Below the pieces are notes generated by a model. The model worked only from the letters and a program-made list of their open reading frames with translations. It was not told where the DNA came from and did no database searches. A stretch of DNA of 64,000 bases from the NCBI RefSeq assembly GCF_006345805.1, contig NC_042998.1, positions 8,742,001 through 8,806,000 on the forward strand. Reading direction: 5' to 3'. This stretch comes from Octopus sinensis. Its lineage: Eukaryota. The position numbers and the translations under genes are program-made. How positions within the stretch are numbered: the first letter of the stretch is position 1; each line of letters opens with the position of its first letter. This document shows positions 46,410 through 60,283 of this stretch, piece by piece.

Positions 46410-46974
46410 ACCTTTCTACCGGAAGCACAAGGGCTCAAAATTTGGGGGAAGGGTTACGTGCGTAACTGGTACTTAATTTATCGGCCCCGAAAAGATGAAA
46501 GGAAAAGTTGACTTAGGCGGAATTTGGACTCATCGATATATATAATAACGGTTACAATACAATGAATATTTTTTTACTATAAATTATATTCAATTTGAAC
46601 CAAGTTTAAGAAACTTAATGCGAATTTCAAACTTGATAAATTTCCATTTGTTTAACGCACGGGGACGTTACAGAATTAGAGTCAAGGCTCGTTTCAACTC
46701 CACTCAACATTTTGTTGCGACAAGCACATTTACTGCTTGACCATTGATATTTTTGTATTTAATTCAAAGAATTTTTCTTGAACTGTAACCAACATCAAAG
46801 TTGCCAAAAGTGTTACACAAAGGACAATAAGCAATACCTTATTAAATGGCAAGATATCAAAAGACCCTTTTTCTAAAACCTTCCTTCTAATTATAAGGTT
46901 TCCAAATGAGCAGACACCATGGAATTTGCATAGACCTTGATAGTCTTATATAAAAGTTTCCATGTAAAGACGTT

Positions 46975-47785
46975 ATATTATTATTATTATTATTATTGTT
47001 GTTGTTTTTTGTCATTGCATAGCTTCTAAAGCTGGAGATGTACTACGGTGCTAGCTGTCCACTACCAGTGAACTAAGGTAACACCCCTAATTTTTCGAGC
47101 ACCATCCGGAGTATTCGAGTGGTTCCAAGCAGTACTGTTTTCTGCAAGTGATTTACACTTATTGCAGCCCCTATTTGTTCCATGTACTTCTCAAGATTTA
47201 TACTCCCTGTTCGCAGGGCTCTAACAATTATTTTTACTACTAGCACCTTGTTCATCGACCACAACTGCTTAACCTCCCAAGCTAACCTGTCATATCTACT
47301 GATTTTTCTTTCTTCTTTGTTGTCAGCTGGGCTTGCTATATCTATGATCCAGCATCATTTGCTTTCTTTCTCAATTAAAACTATGTCTGGCTACCTACTC
47401 TCTATGTCATGGACGCACTGAATCATAAAATCCCATAGGTTCTTTGCATTATCATTTTCGATAATGCGTTCGGGTTTATGTTCGTACCACTTTTTTGCTC
47501 TGTCAAGCACATGCTTGTTGCAAAGTGTCCAGCGGTCATTCCTTTGTAGAATCTCTTCTGATCTACACTGAATATCCTTTTCCGTTGGTGGACCTTCAGT
47601 CTTTGGTTGTATCTTACGATCTTTGCTTTCTCTGCAACGTAACGCCGTTTCAGTTCCTCCATTACCAGTTTCAGGCCACTTCTCTAAATACCATACCTCC
47701 TGTTCAGTGCCATGTATTTTTCTTCGCTAATAAACTCCCCCTTCTCTTTCCCGACCAAACCAGAAATGTCCTTCTAGAGCATACC
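46975..47785 (-). mobile_element. R4/Dong-like LINE fragment (duplicate of 40605-41400)
   Basis: Near-identical ORF remnants 47073-47264 and 47423-47662. Confidence 0.75.
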
Positions 47786-47889
47786 TAACCCCGCCTGTAT
47801 TCTTCTTTTCCACCATAAATAATTTCTTTTGTCAATCTCATTATATTTCTTTTTCTTGATATCACCACACACATTTTTAGATACAACAA

Positions 47890-47935
<46 letters not shown>

Positions 47936-48417
47936 TAGTTTTATTTTTATAGCGTGCTATCACTTCACTACCGAGCGCAGCTCTGTGTGCCTTGGGTATG
48001 TGCTGTGATTTGTTGTGATGCTCTGATGGTTACTGTATGGAAAGCGTTCTGCGTAGGATGTTTGCAGTGCCTAGTAGTGCAATTTTCTGCATGTTATATG
48101 TGTTTGTAAGTCCTGCTGTTTTTGTTATGTATTTGGAAAGCTCTGTTACAATGTCGGGGACATAGATAGATCACCAGCGATTTCACACGAAATTAATACA
48201 CATCAGTTGCTCTTACCAGGCTGCCTAGTGTTAAGCTGGATCGCTTTGTCTGTATATAAGAATTGCTGAAGAAATCGCAAGCTGATGTTATACCTGGTAT
48301 AAGTGAAAATCCAGAACTATAGACGTCACTGAAGTGACTAAGGCTATAAGGTAGCACCAGCATCGCAAGAAATAACAGTGAAAACACTACATCCACAGTA
48401 GAGCACTTATCTATCTG

Positions 48418-48474
<57 letters not shown>

Positions 48475-48939
48475 AATGTTTCTTTGTGCATGTGTGTGTG
48501 TGTTAGTATTTATTCAATTGTGTTTAGAGTATATATTGAAGTATGTATATTATCCATTTTTCCATTTCAACGTGTACATGTGTACATGTGTGCGCGCGCG
48601 TATGTGTGCGTATCTCCGTTTCTTTCCCCGACACTGTCTGTGCTGTTCTAGATCTGTATTATTCTTTCCTATTCTTTGAAAAATGTCTCATCGGAACTCC
48701 TTACACGTTTGTCAAGACGTTTTAATTCTTCTAAGCAAACGAAACGCCTGTAATGCAGAATAAATAACACCGACAGTAGAAATCATGTCATAGCAGACTT
48801 GGAGTCTTGGCAGCACTTCAGCTGGCCACCTCTGTCAAACCGTCTAACGCATGCCAGCATGGAAAGCTGATGTTAAATTATGAAGATGATGATGAGGTAG
48901 AGTATACTGGACGATATTAGCTAAAGTGATAAAGAATTT

Positions 48940-50427
48940 CATTTCATTTCATTTGAGTTTGAGTCCATGCTCAGGCCAAGTCGAAGACTCCACCCTCAGA
49001 GTCTGGTGTGGTTGCCAGGTTGTATTCTCTGTTTAATTTTGACATGTGTAGGAGCGAGTTTGAGTCAGTTTGTGCTCGTTGTGTATATCCTGGAAGATGG
49101 GGTTCATCTCTAATGGTGCTTAAGTATCTATCCAGCTGCAATTTGAATGATTCCACACTGCATCCTGATAGATTTCTGACATGTACCGGAATGGAGTTGA
49201 ATAGTTGTGCTCCTCGAACCAACAGACTTGATTCTCGCAGGGTTTTTGCTGCCTGGCCAGCCTTTTTGTTGATTGGTGGCAGCTGGCAGCGTCTTCCGTG
49301 GCGCAGTGAGTGGTAGGTTTTGATACCAAAGTTTGGCACCTTCTGCTCTATCATTTTCCAAATGTATATAATTCGGTATCGCTCAAATCTTCTTTCTATT
49401 GAGTACATCCTCAAGGTTTTGAGTCTTTGCCAATAGTCCAGGTCCCTCGTTTCTGAGAAGTATGAGGTAAAATTTCTTTGGAGCGATTCCATCTTAGATA
49501 GTTGGCCCTTTGTTGTTGGTGACCACAACTGAGAACAGTAGTCAATCCTCGGAAGTATCATACTGTTCCAGAGGGTTTTCATTGTTGAGGTATCTCTTGA
49601 TTTGAAGGTGCGCAAGATCCACCCGCTGTACTTTCTTGCAGTAAGACAGACTGAGTCAAGGTGTTCTCTGAATTTTAGGTTGGTTCCCATGTGGATGCCT
49701 AAATCTTTCACATACTGTTTTTCCATTATTTGTTGTCCTGATGGGTTTCTGTAGTTTGTTGTATTTTTCAGATCTTGATCTGTTCCGTAGCGAATTAGTT
49801 CAAACTTCTTATCATTGAACAACATGTTGTTTGTTTCCTGCCATTTATATATGGTGGTCAGGTCCTTTTGTAAGGCCTCTGTATCCACCTCGTCTTTGAT
49901 TTGTCTCATGACCCTGGTGTCATCAGCAAAGGATGAGACATTGCTGGTTGTATCTTCATCTATGTCAGAGATGAGGATGAGAAACAGGATTGGGCCGAGT
50001 ACTGTACCCTGAGGAACACTGCTGGTCACAGGTGATGGTGTTGAATGGGTTCCATTCACAGTGACTGTTTGAGTTCTATTTGTAAGGAACTCATGTATCC
50101 ATGTACCAACTTTTCCTCCTACTCCTAGCTTTCGAAGTTTGTGACCCAGGATGCCATGATCTACCTTGTCAAATGCCTTGGCAAAGTCGAGGTAAATAAC
50201 ATCTGTGTTAAATCCATTCTCTAGATTTTCTAGGATTTGGTCATGGTGTGCCAGTAGTTGGGAAAGACATGATCTACCTAACCTGAATCCATGCTGGTTG
50301 CAATTCATCAGATTGTTGGATTCCAGGAACTCAACCAGTTTTCCACGAACTATTCTTTCGAAGACCTTGATAATGTGTGATGTCAGTGAGATTGGTCGGT
50401 AGTTCTTTGGTTTTGATTTGCTGTCCC
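48940..50427 (-). mobile_element. 5'-truncated CR1-group LINE with uninterrupted RT reading frame and (AATGA)n tail
   Basis: In frame from about 50425: NYRPISLTS..NQHGFR.GRSCL..YLDFAKAFDKV..SVPQGTVLGPILF..SFADDT..WNS..FKLQLD. The tail reads TTTCATTTCATTTCATTT on + at about 48938-48955. Confidence 0.9.
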
Positions 50428-50582
50428 CTGAAATGGATTATTTTTTAAATGAGGAACATGTATTACAGGTAGGATGTGTCAGCGTCAACAATCATTGCCA
50501 TAAAACGACAGAAAAACCTGATGCAAAAGTTGGAATTCTCTTGATATTGCCTCGCATGAATTTAATTTTAAATGACACCTAC

Positions 50583-50636
50583 CTTCATTTGATACTGGTC
50601 TGGAATCAGCCTCCTCGTCTAATATTATGCTAGGCC
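50583..50636 (-). CDS. Putative host micro-exon 3 (54 nt, phase 1-1): (G)PSIILDEEADSRPVSNE(G)
   Basis: Acceptor CTGTCCCTGTCTTATTTATCGTTAG and donor AAG|GTAGGTGTCATTT. The other two frames contain stops. Confidence 0.72.
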
Positions 50637-50989
50637 CTAACGATAAATAAGACAGGGACAGACATTAAACAAATATTAAACAATGAACATTTAGCCAATA
50701 TTTATAATAAAGTTTATAATAACATGAATGTTTTAACATGCAATTTTAACCAACATTCAGAAAGTTAATGAAAATTTTTAAAAACTGAAGAAAATCTACA
50801 TTTTGAAATGGCTGGCGAGTATACAAAATTATAGTTAAGGCTTGATTCAGCTCAACTCAACTTTTGTTTGGTCAAGCACTAAAAGGTTTTCACCAGTAGC
50901 TTTTATCGTTTAATTCATTCATTATTTTCTTAACCCATGAAGAAATCATATTGCCAAATGTGTTATGAGGAGGTCAATAAGGAATGCAT

Positions 50990-52500
50990 GATTAAATGTC
51001 AAGATATCAAATGAATCTTTTTCAAAAGTATTGATTCTATTTAACACTTTAACCTTCTTTATATTCCATAGCCTTATTATTTCGTACTTAAGAGGGTAGT
51101 ATCTCTCTCTGTTTTCGCCTTCCTTTTTGGCAATTCCCGAGTCGAAGGAGCATGCAGTATCAACTATATAGCACATAAGGTTAACCTTGTCCACTAACAC
51201 CAGGTCCGGTCTGTCAAGCTCTAGCACCTGAACTATTTGGATTGGGGCATCCCAGAGGATTTTACTAGTCTCAGACACCTCCATGTTCCCCGTTATGTGC
51301 TCATTCCACATCTTGCCTCTCTCTAGTCCCCACTTTTCGCACATTTTCCAATGTAACATGTTCAGTACCTGATTGTGTGGCCACAACTGGTAATGTTTTG
51401 GGGCAGGTCTAGGGCATTCTTTCGTGATATGAGCAATGGTTTAATCGACTTTTTACAGGTTTCTCATTCCTAACGTTGACCCTGCGTTTCCTGGCCAAAT
51501 CTTGGTCTTGCGCTGCCAGTATAGTGCTCTCTGTCTCTTTTATTAGTGTTCCTTTCATCAGTCAATCCCACCTATTTATTCCAGCAAATTCTGTTATGGT
51601 TAGATGGAATTCATTGTGTAGGCCCTTGTTGCTTAATTCTTCATATCCTTTTTGTAGTTCCTCCTTTATTTCCCTTTTTGCTCTGCTCTCAATACTCCCT
51701 CATCCTTAATTCTCATTAGCAAGATTTCCTTTCTTTCGGTGAGGTATCTCATTAAGCTCTCGACTTCGATAAGCACTCAGTCTTCCACACTTATCAATCC
51801 GCTTCCTCCATTTGCTCTCTTCATGTATTGGCGATCAGTGTCCACACATGGAGGATGGGCTCCATGCAACGTTAGGGGCTTTCTAGACTTCATGTTAATC
51901 ACCTTTAGCTTCTCCTCTGTCACAGGGTACGATCATGTCAATCTATTTACAGACTATATTGTTTTGGTCTTTCACAACAATATCTGGTTTATTTGCTTTG
52001 AGGGTCTGATCTGTACTACTGCAAAGACCAAAAGAATAGTTATATTTTCTGGCTCATTTACAGCCACAGGGTTGTGCTTATACCATTTGTCAAGTTTTAA
52101 GTTTATAGTGCCAACACATTATCCAATGTAGATATTGACCAACCCTGTCATTTCCTGATTTGTACACTACAGGTGCAAAAACTTTACATCCAGATATTAG
52201 CTGGTCCACTGTATCAATCTCACCTTTAGCCCTGATCTCTGTAGACACGAATAGTTGTGATTCTGGTTTACATCAGCTTGTTTGCTACGGGCCACATATT
52301 TGCCATGCTGAAGTTTTTCTTCCCACCCATCAGCCAATTGTTCAAACGCATTTGACTTTGCTATTGATTTCACCTTCTTTGCAACTACAGCTTCCGCGCT
52401 TCCATCATGCTGTTCAACCTGATTATTATGCATAGACTCACTAATATTATTATCATCATTATTTTTATTATACACACAACAGATTAGGCTCTTGCAAAAG
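50990..52500 (-). mobile_element. R4/Dong-like LINE fragments (RT C-terminus and RLE), decayed
   Basis: ETESTILAAQDQ, LHWKMCEKWGL..KILWD..DRPDLVLVDK..IVDTAC, ANKPDIVVKD and EEKLQHGKY. Confidence 0.75.
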
Positions 52501-53128
52501 TAGGATTTCCGATATCGGGCTACAACATGACAAATATTCACCTGTCACGTTTCTTTCCATAAATCAGACAGTCCTCCAGACAGAACGGAGGCTGAGCTTT
52601 CAGATATTTTCTTATCATGTTTTAAGAATAACCCAATACGATTACCATTAATTCCGAGAAATTCTCACGTACAAGCAAGCATTGCTAGCAATAAGATTCA
52701 ACGCAATGCATAGTAACGACGCAGTACTTTTCCTAATAATGACATGGGAACGAATCTCCTCACAGCATCCGGACCACAGACAGATATCCAGTGATTGTGC
52801 ATTTATTTAATGCTTGTCTGTGGCTCGTACGCGGCTGCCTAGTGTTAACCTGGCTTGCTTTATCAGTATAAAAGAAGAACCAAAGAAATCACTCATTGAT
52901 TTCATAAATGATATACAATGTGAAAATTATAAATAATAAAGGTGGCTTATTCGCAAATTTGCAAAAAAAAAGCAGAACAGTAGACCCGATAAAGTGACTA
53001 AGGGTCCAACATGTAGGATTTGTCATCCTCCACAATCATTGTATTAAAGCCACTTAAGAAACTCATCCAACATTTATGCAATGCGCTTAATGTTTCCTCA
53101 CAAGAAATTATCTTAAAGTGATTCCTAC

Positions 53129-53176
53129 CTTCATAGTTTACCGGAACATATCCATGCTTGAGTACTTGACCATTCT
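53129..53176 (-). CDS. Putative host micro-exon 2 (48 nt, phase 1-1): (E)NGQVLKHGYVPVNYE(G)
   Basis: Acceptor CTGTCCCTGTCTTATTTGTTTCTAG and donor AAG|GTAGGAATCACTTT. The other two frames contain stops. Confidence 0.72.
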
Positions 53177-53246
53177 CTAGAAACAAATAAGACAGGGACA
53201 GACATTAAAGAAAATTATGAATAATTCAAATTTAATCAATATATAT

Positions 53247-53348
<102 letters not shown>

Positions 53349-54949
53349 ATATATATAACGTGCTATAATACAATGTATATCTATACATATAAATTGGACA
53401 TGGGCGATTCTTTCCTGTATATTTTCTTGTCTTGGGATTCACGGTCAAACAGCTGGATGGAATTGCGCGAAAAATTAATGTGTAGAATGAGCCGGTGGTG
53501 TTGCTTGGCTTTGTGTTTCTTCCGTAGCTCCCATGGTTACCGAGATAATTGTATCTATATGCTTGGCTTTTCTTATCATTTTATCCCGCAATGGTAAATA
53601 TTTTATCGGAGACAACTCTGAAAATATTTTATCTTATTATTTCCCTTAATTTTGGTATTCGCTCTTCTCCATTGTATTTATTTAAATCTGATCGAACAGA
53701 TTAAGTTTTTATCTTTTCAAAAATAATTAGTAGTTATCGATCAGCAATCACTCTTATTTATCGTTTTCACTGCACTCACCGTTCTTTTACAAAAAATGAC
53801 GTGATGCAATGCTGCTTTATAAGGATAATATGAACACGCTACTCCACACACACACAGACTATTACATACACACACACACATAAATATATGTTCACGCATA
53901 CTGAGAAACGTATGCGCGCGTTCACACATACATACATACATGCACACTCATGATTATATACCCATACGCAAGCATATGGATGTACGCTTGCGCACCTTCA
54001 CCTTAAACATTCTACAGTACATCCAAGTGCACCCCAATTATTAGGAGACCCCCATTTAATAGGGAAGCCTCACATACTGACATACCACATCTGGTATTTG
54101 TTCATGGAAGAATTCAATCTTGTCCGTGTCTGTTTAACTACAACGTTTCCTGCTCCGCTGAACTAAATATAGAGGCCAGCGGAAAACCCCCAAACTTCCT
54201 GAGCTTCTAAGGAATCCTTATAAGGAGCGCAAATCCACACAGGCATACACTTTATAATTGTAAGTAAGTATGCATGAGAGTGCAAGCAGCTTACAATAAT
54301 GAACTTTTACTTATTATCTTTTTGTTGTTTTTGCTTTTTGAAAATTTCATTTATTTCTTTCAATTTTTGTTTAATTTTTTGATTTTTATTGAATCTTGGT
54401 TGTATTGTTTTTTTTTGTTTTTTGTTTTTTTGTTGGTTAGTTATTTTTAGCGTTTTGACAGAAAAATGTCATTCTAAAATTGTTTTTTAACGTAAGCGTG
54501 CCCAAGCAAGTCGAATGCTTACACAGAGCGGGTTTTACAGCCACATCATCCAATCTGCTAGTTTTAACATAAAGTACATACAAATTTAATCAATCTGAGA
54601 AAGTTAATAGAAATTATTCATGGTTTTTTTTCTACTGCGCGGCGAAGTCAGGTAATTATTGTCGAGGCTCGTTTGTGACCGACTCAACATTTATTTGGGT
54701 CAAGGACGTTTACTGCTTGAAAATTAAATTAAATTAATAATTGTTTTCTCAAATTCTAAAGACATCATATTTGCCAATAAGCAATACCTTATTAAATGGC
54801 AGGATATCAAACGAATCTTTCTCGAACGCGTTGCTTATATTGAATATTCTAGCGTCAGGTTTCCAAATAAACTGTCTTATACCCGTCTAATGCCCGTCGG
54901 TCCGGCTAGTCTTATAAAATTATGATTCAATGTGAAAATATTTCATTAT

Positions 54950-55135
54950 TGTTGTTGTCGCTGTTGTTGTTGCCTTTGCACAGCTTCTAACGCTAGAGGT
55001 ATACTACGGTGTTAGCTGTTCACTACCAGTGAACTAAGATAACACCTCTTATTTTTCGAGCACCTTCCGGAGTATTCGAGCGGTTCCAAGCAGTGCTGTT
55101 TTCTGCAAGTGCTCCACCCTTATTGCAGCCCCTGT
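54950..55135 (-). mobile_element. R4/Dong-like LINE 3' end, at the position homologous to 40605
   Basis: Homologous to 40605-40785 (GAAIRVEHLQKTALLGTARILRKVLE) and preceded by intron sequence homologous to 40280-40600. Confidence 0.7.
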
Positions 55136-55536
55136 ATGCATAAATATAGCACACATGTGAACGTGTAAGCGTGTTGTCTATCAGATGTGACACATTGCCG
55201 GTTACAATACACATAGGCATTCTTTTAGCCTACACATGATGTCACGCCCGATGGCTAAGTGAGCCCCTGACAGAAAGTGGGGGCTGGTAGAATGTAGGAC
55301 TGAAAAACACAGCGTGCTGCCCAATCTGGGAATCAGAACGTAGATCTAGCGATAGTGAGTGCAAAACTTAAGCATTTGGCCACGCTCCTTTACAAAAGAA
55401 TAGCTGTGTGTGTGTGTGTCTGTGTGTGTCTGTGTGTGATGAGTATGTATACATACATACATACATGAATACATTCATATATATATGCACATACATACGT
55501 ATATATATAAATACATATGTGTGTGTGAGCATATGA

Positions 55537-55601
<65 letters not shown>

Positions 55602-56089
55602 TATAAAAGTAAAAGTAAAAAGTAAAAGAATCAAAAAGAAGAGTAAGTCCAGTTAGGCAGCTTTTTAATCCCTACTAATATATCGATACATACAGATGTT
55701 CGTATATGCAGTATTTAAAGTTACATTTAAATAACTTTTTGTAACGATTTACCTGTATAAGAAGATCTATATGTATCTCCTCAGGCGATACTCAGTTGGT
55801 GTCCCCGTTAAGTAATTCTAGATTTCCATACTACAGCATCCATTATGACTAGAATTGCTAGCATATCATACGAATACTACCGGCTATTTTGGGAATTCTA
55901 AGGGTGAACGAGCTCTATTTGTACTCGTATACGTTCTTAATAGAACACACCTCAACTGACTATATATGAATATATATACTTATATATATTGATAAAACGG
56001 TAAGATATCAAAAGAAAGAAAGAGACCTCAATATTATGTAAATAGAGGAAATTTATCTATACAATAATATGTTACTTTACTCGGTAGTC

Positions 56090-56156
56090 AAGATAAAACT
56101 CTGAGTTTCAGATGCCGAAGTGGAAATCCACAACACCATCTCTTCGGTTATCTGGC
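56090..56156 (-). ncRNA. Degenerate minimal hammerhead fold 3' of a PLE GIY-YIG remnant
   Basis: AGATAA-CCGAAGA-GATG...CATC-T-GAA-ACTCAGAGT-T-TTATCT: perfect 6-bp stem I and near-palindromic stem III, with U4 changed to C and an extra base before GAAA. Confidence 0.45.
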
Positions 56157-56163
56157 TATTTGA

Positions 56164-57096
56164 AAACGCTATGAAAAAATACCGTTAAATAAAGGGAAAT
56201 TACTGTGTTATAACTCTGCTTGCCTGCGTACTTATACATCGCTCGCATTTTTCGTCATAAAAATTATATAAAAATACATAAAAATATATAAAAATATATA
56301 AAAATATATAAATTCTTCTTGGGACATAACATAGAAAGCATGTTCTATCTGTTTTCTTTAGGGGACCAAAAACGTAACAGAAATTTAGTCACATGTGGGC
56401 ATGATCCGAAAAGCTCTGTCCTTGTATTTAGACATGTAGTAGGGTCTAAGCTGCTTTTCCAGATAAGCCATCTCTCCATGTCGCATAGACCGCACCTCCG
56501 CTGCCGTTGGTATAGGGCTTACATCTGGCCAAAATCTTCCATTGTATGTTATAATCGACACCTTTATCTCTTAAAGACCAAATATGATTAGATAATTGTG
56601 TCGCTTTTCTTTTGTTCCAGTGCCTAAAGCTCAAAGTGTGGTTATTGAACCTGGCCTTGAAATTACCCTCTGTAAGGCCCACGTATTTCTTCGTCGAAAC
56701 GGTGTCTTTAGTGGTTATAGAGTTTGGCCAGATGTAAGCCCTATACCAACGGCAGCGGAAGGTGCGGTCTATGCGACATGGAGAGATGGCTTATCTGGAA
56801 AAGCAGCTTAGACCCTACTACATGTCTAAATACAAGGACAGAGCTTTTCGGATCATGCCCACATGTGACTAAATTTCTGTTACGTTTTTGGTCCCCTAAA
56901 GAAAACAGATAGAACATGCTTTCTATGTTATGTCCCAAGAAGAATTTATATATTTTTATATATTTTTTATGTATTTTTATATAATTTTTATGACGAAAAA
57001 TGCGAGCGATGTATAAGTACGCAGGCAAGCACGCAGGCAAGCAGAGTTATAAGACAGTAATTTCCCTTTATTTAACGGTATTTTTTCATAGCGTTT
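56164..57096. mobile_element. Penelope-like GIY-YIG 3' remnant with ~370-bp inverted duplication
   Basis: Minus strand reads KKYVGLTEGNFKARFNNH..LSNHIWSL..QWKILARCKPY. Plus copy reads ARCKPYTNGSGRCGLCDMERWLI..LNTRTELFGSCPH. Arms are 56164-56533 and 56723-57096. Confidence 0.85.
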
Positions 57097-57334
57097 ACTT
57101 ATATATATATATACATACACGCACACACACACACACAGACACACACACACACACATATATATATATGTACACACGATGGAGTGGACAGACGAACGAAGGG
57201 CACTCAACCAATATATTGGGAGTTACATGAATGGATCAAAAGAGTTTGATTCAAATTCGTTGGTAATCTTGAAATTCAAGCGTGATCCTAGTCGTCAACC
57301 ATTTTGAATTTGAATGACAGAAGTTGATTGTTAT

Positions 57335-59640
57335 TAACGATTAAGAGTATGAAGACAGGGAAAGCCCCCGGTCCATCAGGAATTACTGCAGAGATGCTCA
57401 AAATATCTGGCAGTGTCGGCTATAGCCTAGTCACACGTAAAGTTAACCAGGTGATACACGAAGGAGTCATACCCAATGACTGGTGTAGCAGTATAATAGT
57501 CAACTGCTACAAAGGTAAAGGTGATGCTTTAGATACAAATAATTACAGTGGTATCAAGCTGTTGGATCAGGTAATGAAGGTTACGGAGACGGCCATAGCC
57601 CAACTAATTAGGGAGAGAGTCAGATTGGATGAGATGCAGTTTGGTTTCGTGTCAGGGAAAAACACCACTGATGCTATATTCCTGGTAAGACAGCTGCAGG
57701 AAAAATACCATGCCAAAGATAAGCCCCTGTACCGGGCTTTCGTTGACATGGAGGAAGCCTTTGACAGGGTCCCCCGATCCATTATCTGGTGATCATTGAG
57801 AAAACTAGGGATAGCGAATGGTTAGTGAGAGGCGTGCAAGCCATGTACAGGGACGCTGTCACTAAGGTGAGGGTTGGCAACGAGTACACTGAAGAATTCA
57901 GGGTAGAGGTAGGGTTCCACCAGGGTTCAGTCCTCAGCCCCCTCCTATTTATCATAGTCCTCCAGCAATAACGGAGGAATTCAAGACAGGATGCCCCTGG
58001 GACTTCCTTTATGCTGATGACCCTGTTCTAATTGCTGAGTCACTATCAGAACTAGAGGAAAAGTTTCAGGTGTGGAAACAAGGATTAGAATCGAAGGGCC
58101 TTAGAGTCAACCTAGCTAAGACCAAAGTCCTAATAAGTAGGAAGGCAGGCAAACCACAAATCTCTTCAGGTAGATGGCCCTGCTCGATCTGTAGTAGAGG
58201 CGTAGGTAGAAACTCTATAAGATGTACCCAGTGTAAGCTATGGACACATAAGTGGTGCAGTAATATCAAAGGAAGGCTAACGGGGAAGATAGCTTTTGTA
58301 TGTGGCAGATGCTCGGGAGCAATAAGCACTGAAAATGTGCAGAGAACAACTGCCACATTCCAGGGAGGTAAACTAGAAGTAGTTGATAGCTTCCGTTACC
58401 TAGGTGACCAGGTCAGTAGCGGGGGAGGGTGTGCTGAAAGTGTAGCTGCTAGAATAAAAATAGCTTGGGCAAAGTTCAGTGAGCTCTTACCCCTGCTGGT
58501 GACAAAGGGCCTCTCGCTCAGAGTAAAAGGTAGACTGTATGACGCTTGTGTACGAACAGCCATGCTACATGGCAGTGAAACATGGGCTGTGATTGCTGAG
58601 GACATGCATAAGCTCGCAAGGAATGAAGCCAGTATGATCCGATGGATGTGTAATGTCAGTGTGCATACTCGACAGAGTGTGAGTACCATGAGAGAAATGT
58701 TGGACCTAAGAAGCATCAGATGTGGTGTGCAAGAGAGACGACTACGCTGGTATGATCATGTGGCGAGAATGGATGAGGATAGATGTGTGAAAAAGTGCCA
58801 CACCCTAGCGGTTGAGTGAACCTGTGGAAGAAGTAGACCCTGGAAGACCTGGGATGAAGTGGTGAAGCACGACCTTCGAAATTTAGACCTCACTAAAGAA
58901 ATGACTAGTGACCGAGACTTTTGGAAATATGCTGTTCGTGAGAAGACCCGGCAAGCCAAATGAGACCATAATCTCGTGGCCTATGCCAGGAGCGTAACCA
59001 GCCCACTTATTCGTAACTTTTCCTTCTTTGGACACCAAAACTCTGCTTGCGAATACCTGTTGAGGCAAGTGAAATTAAAATCAAAATCAAATTCGATGAC
59101 TGGCGTCCGTGCTAGCGGGGTGCAAAGAGCACCATACGAGTGTGATCATTGACAGAGCGGCTAACCGGCTTCCCTGCAAGTGGCACTTAAAAGGCACCAT
59201 TCGAATGTGATCGTTACCAGCGTCGCCTTACTGGTACTCGAGTCCCGTGCTAGTAGAGTATTAAGAGCACCATCCGAGCGTGATCGTTGCCAGAGTGGCT
59301 ATCTGGCCTCCATGCCGGTGGCACGTAAAAGACACCATTTGAGTATGATCGTTACCAGCATCGCCTTACTGGCCCCTGTGTCGGTGGCATGTGTAAAAGA
59401 TTCGAGCGAGGTCGTTGCCAGTACCGCCTGACTGGTCCCGTGCCGGTGGCACATAAAAGCACCCACTACACGCATCGGAGTGGTTGGTGTTAGGAAAGGC
59501 ATCCAGCTGTAGAAACTCTGCCACATCAAGATTGAAGCCTGGTGCAGCCATCTGGTTCGCCAGCCCTTAGTCAAATCTTCCAACCCATGCTAGCATGGAA
59601 AGCGGGCGTTAAACGATAATGATTATGATGATGATGATGT
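57335..59640 (+). mobile_element. 5'-truncated RTE LINE with frameshifts, 3' UTR and tail
   Basis: RT pieces 57328-57792, 57789-57971 and 58070-58819. Tail (GAT)n at about 59625-59640. Confidence 0.9.
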
Positions 59641-60283
59641 ACGTTGGGCTGAGATTCGTAGAGGAAGGTCACACGATATCGTGGTTTGATATTGGTGTAT
59701 GGGTAAAAGTTAGTTGGAAAATGTCACATGAAGAACAGGAAATTGACCACGTGGAGTGCAGGAAATAGACGATGTGATGATTAGAAATCGGTTTGGATAT
59801 TGGGGTGTAAGTAGAAGGGGGTGGGCGTGAATATGCAAGTATATAGTTCTATATGTGGATGTGTAGACAGTCTCATATAACTTTGCGTGTATCTGTATAG
59901 CGATGCGAATGAGCGTATCTATACATGGGAGCTCACGCACAAGTTTGCACACGCACACAAACACACACGCTTGGACGAACATGCAGGCGCACGTAAACAC
60001 ACATACACACATATAGGTAAGCATGCACACAAGCATGCGAATGCATATGTACATATGAATGAATACTCATGTGTGTATATGGGCGTATGCGCGTGTATGT
60101 GTGTTTGTGTGTGTGCTCGCGTTTCTCCAAGCAAGTGTGTGTATATTTGTGTGTGTGTGTGTGTGTGTGTATGTGTGTGTGTGTGTGTATGTGTGTGTGT
60201 GAGTGTCTGTGTGTATTTGTGTGTAAGTCTGTGGGCGCCCATGTACATGAGCGCACATAAAGTTTGCTAAAAGTGACACCTAC

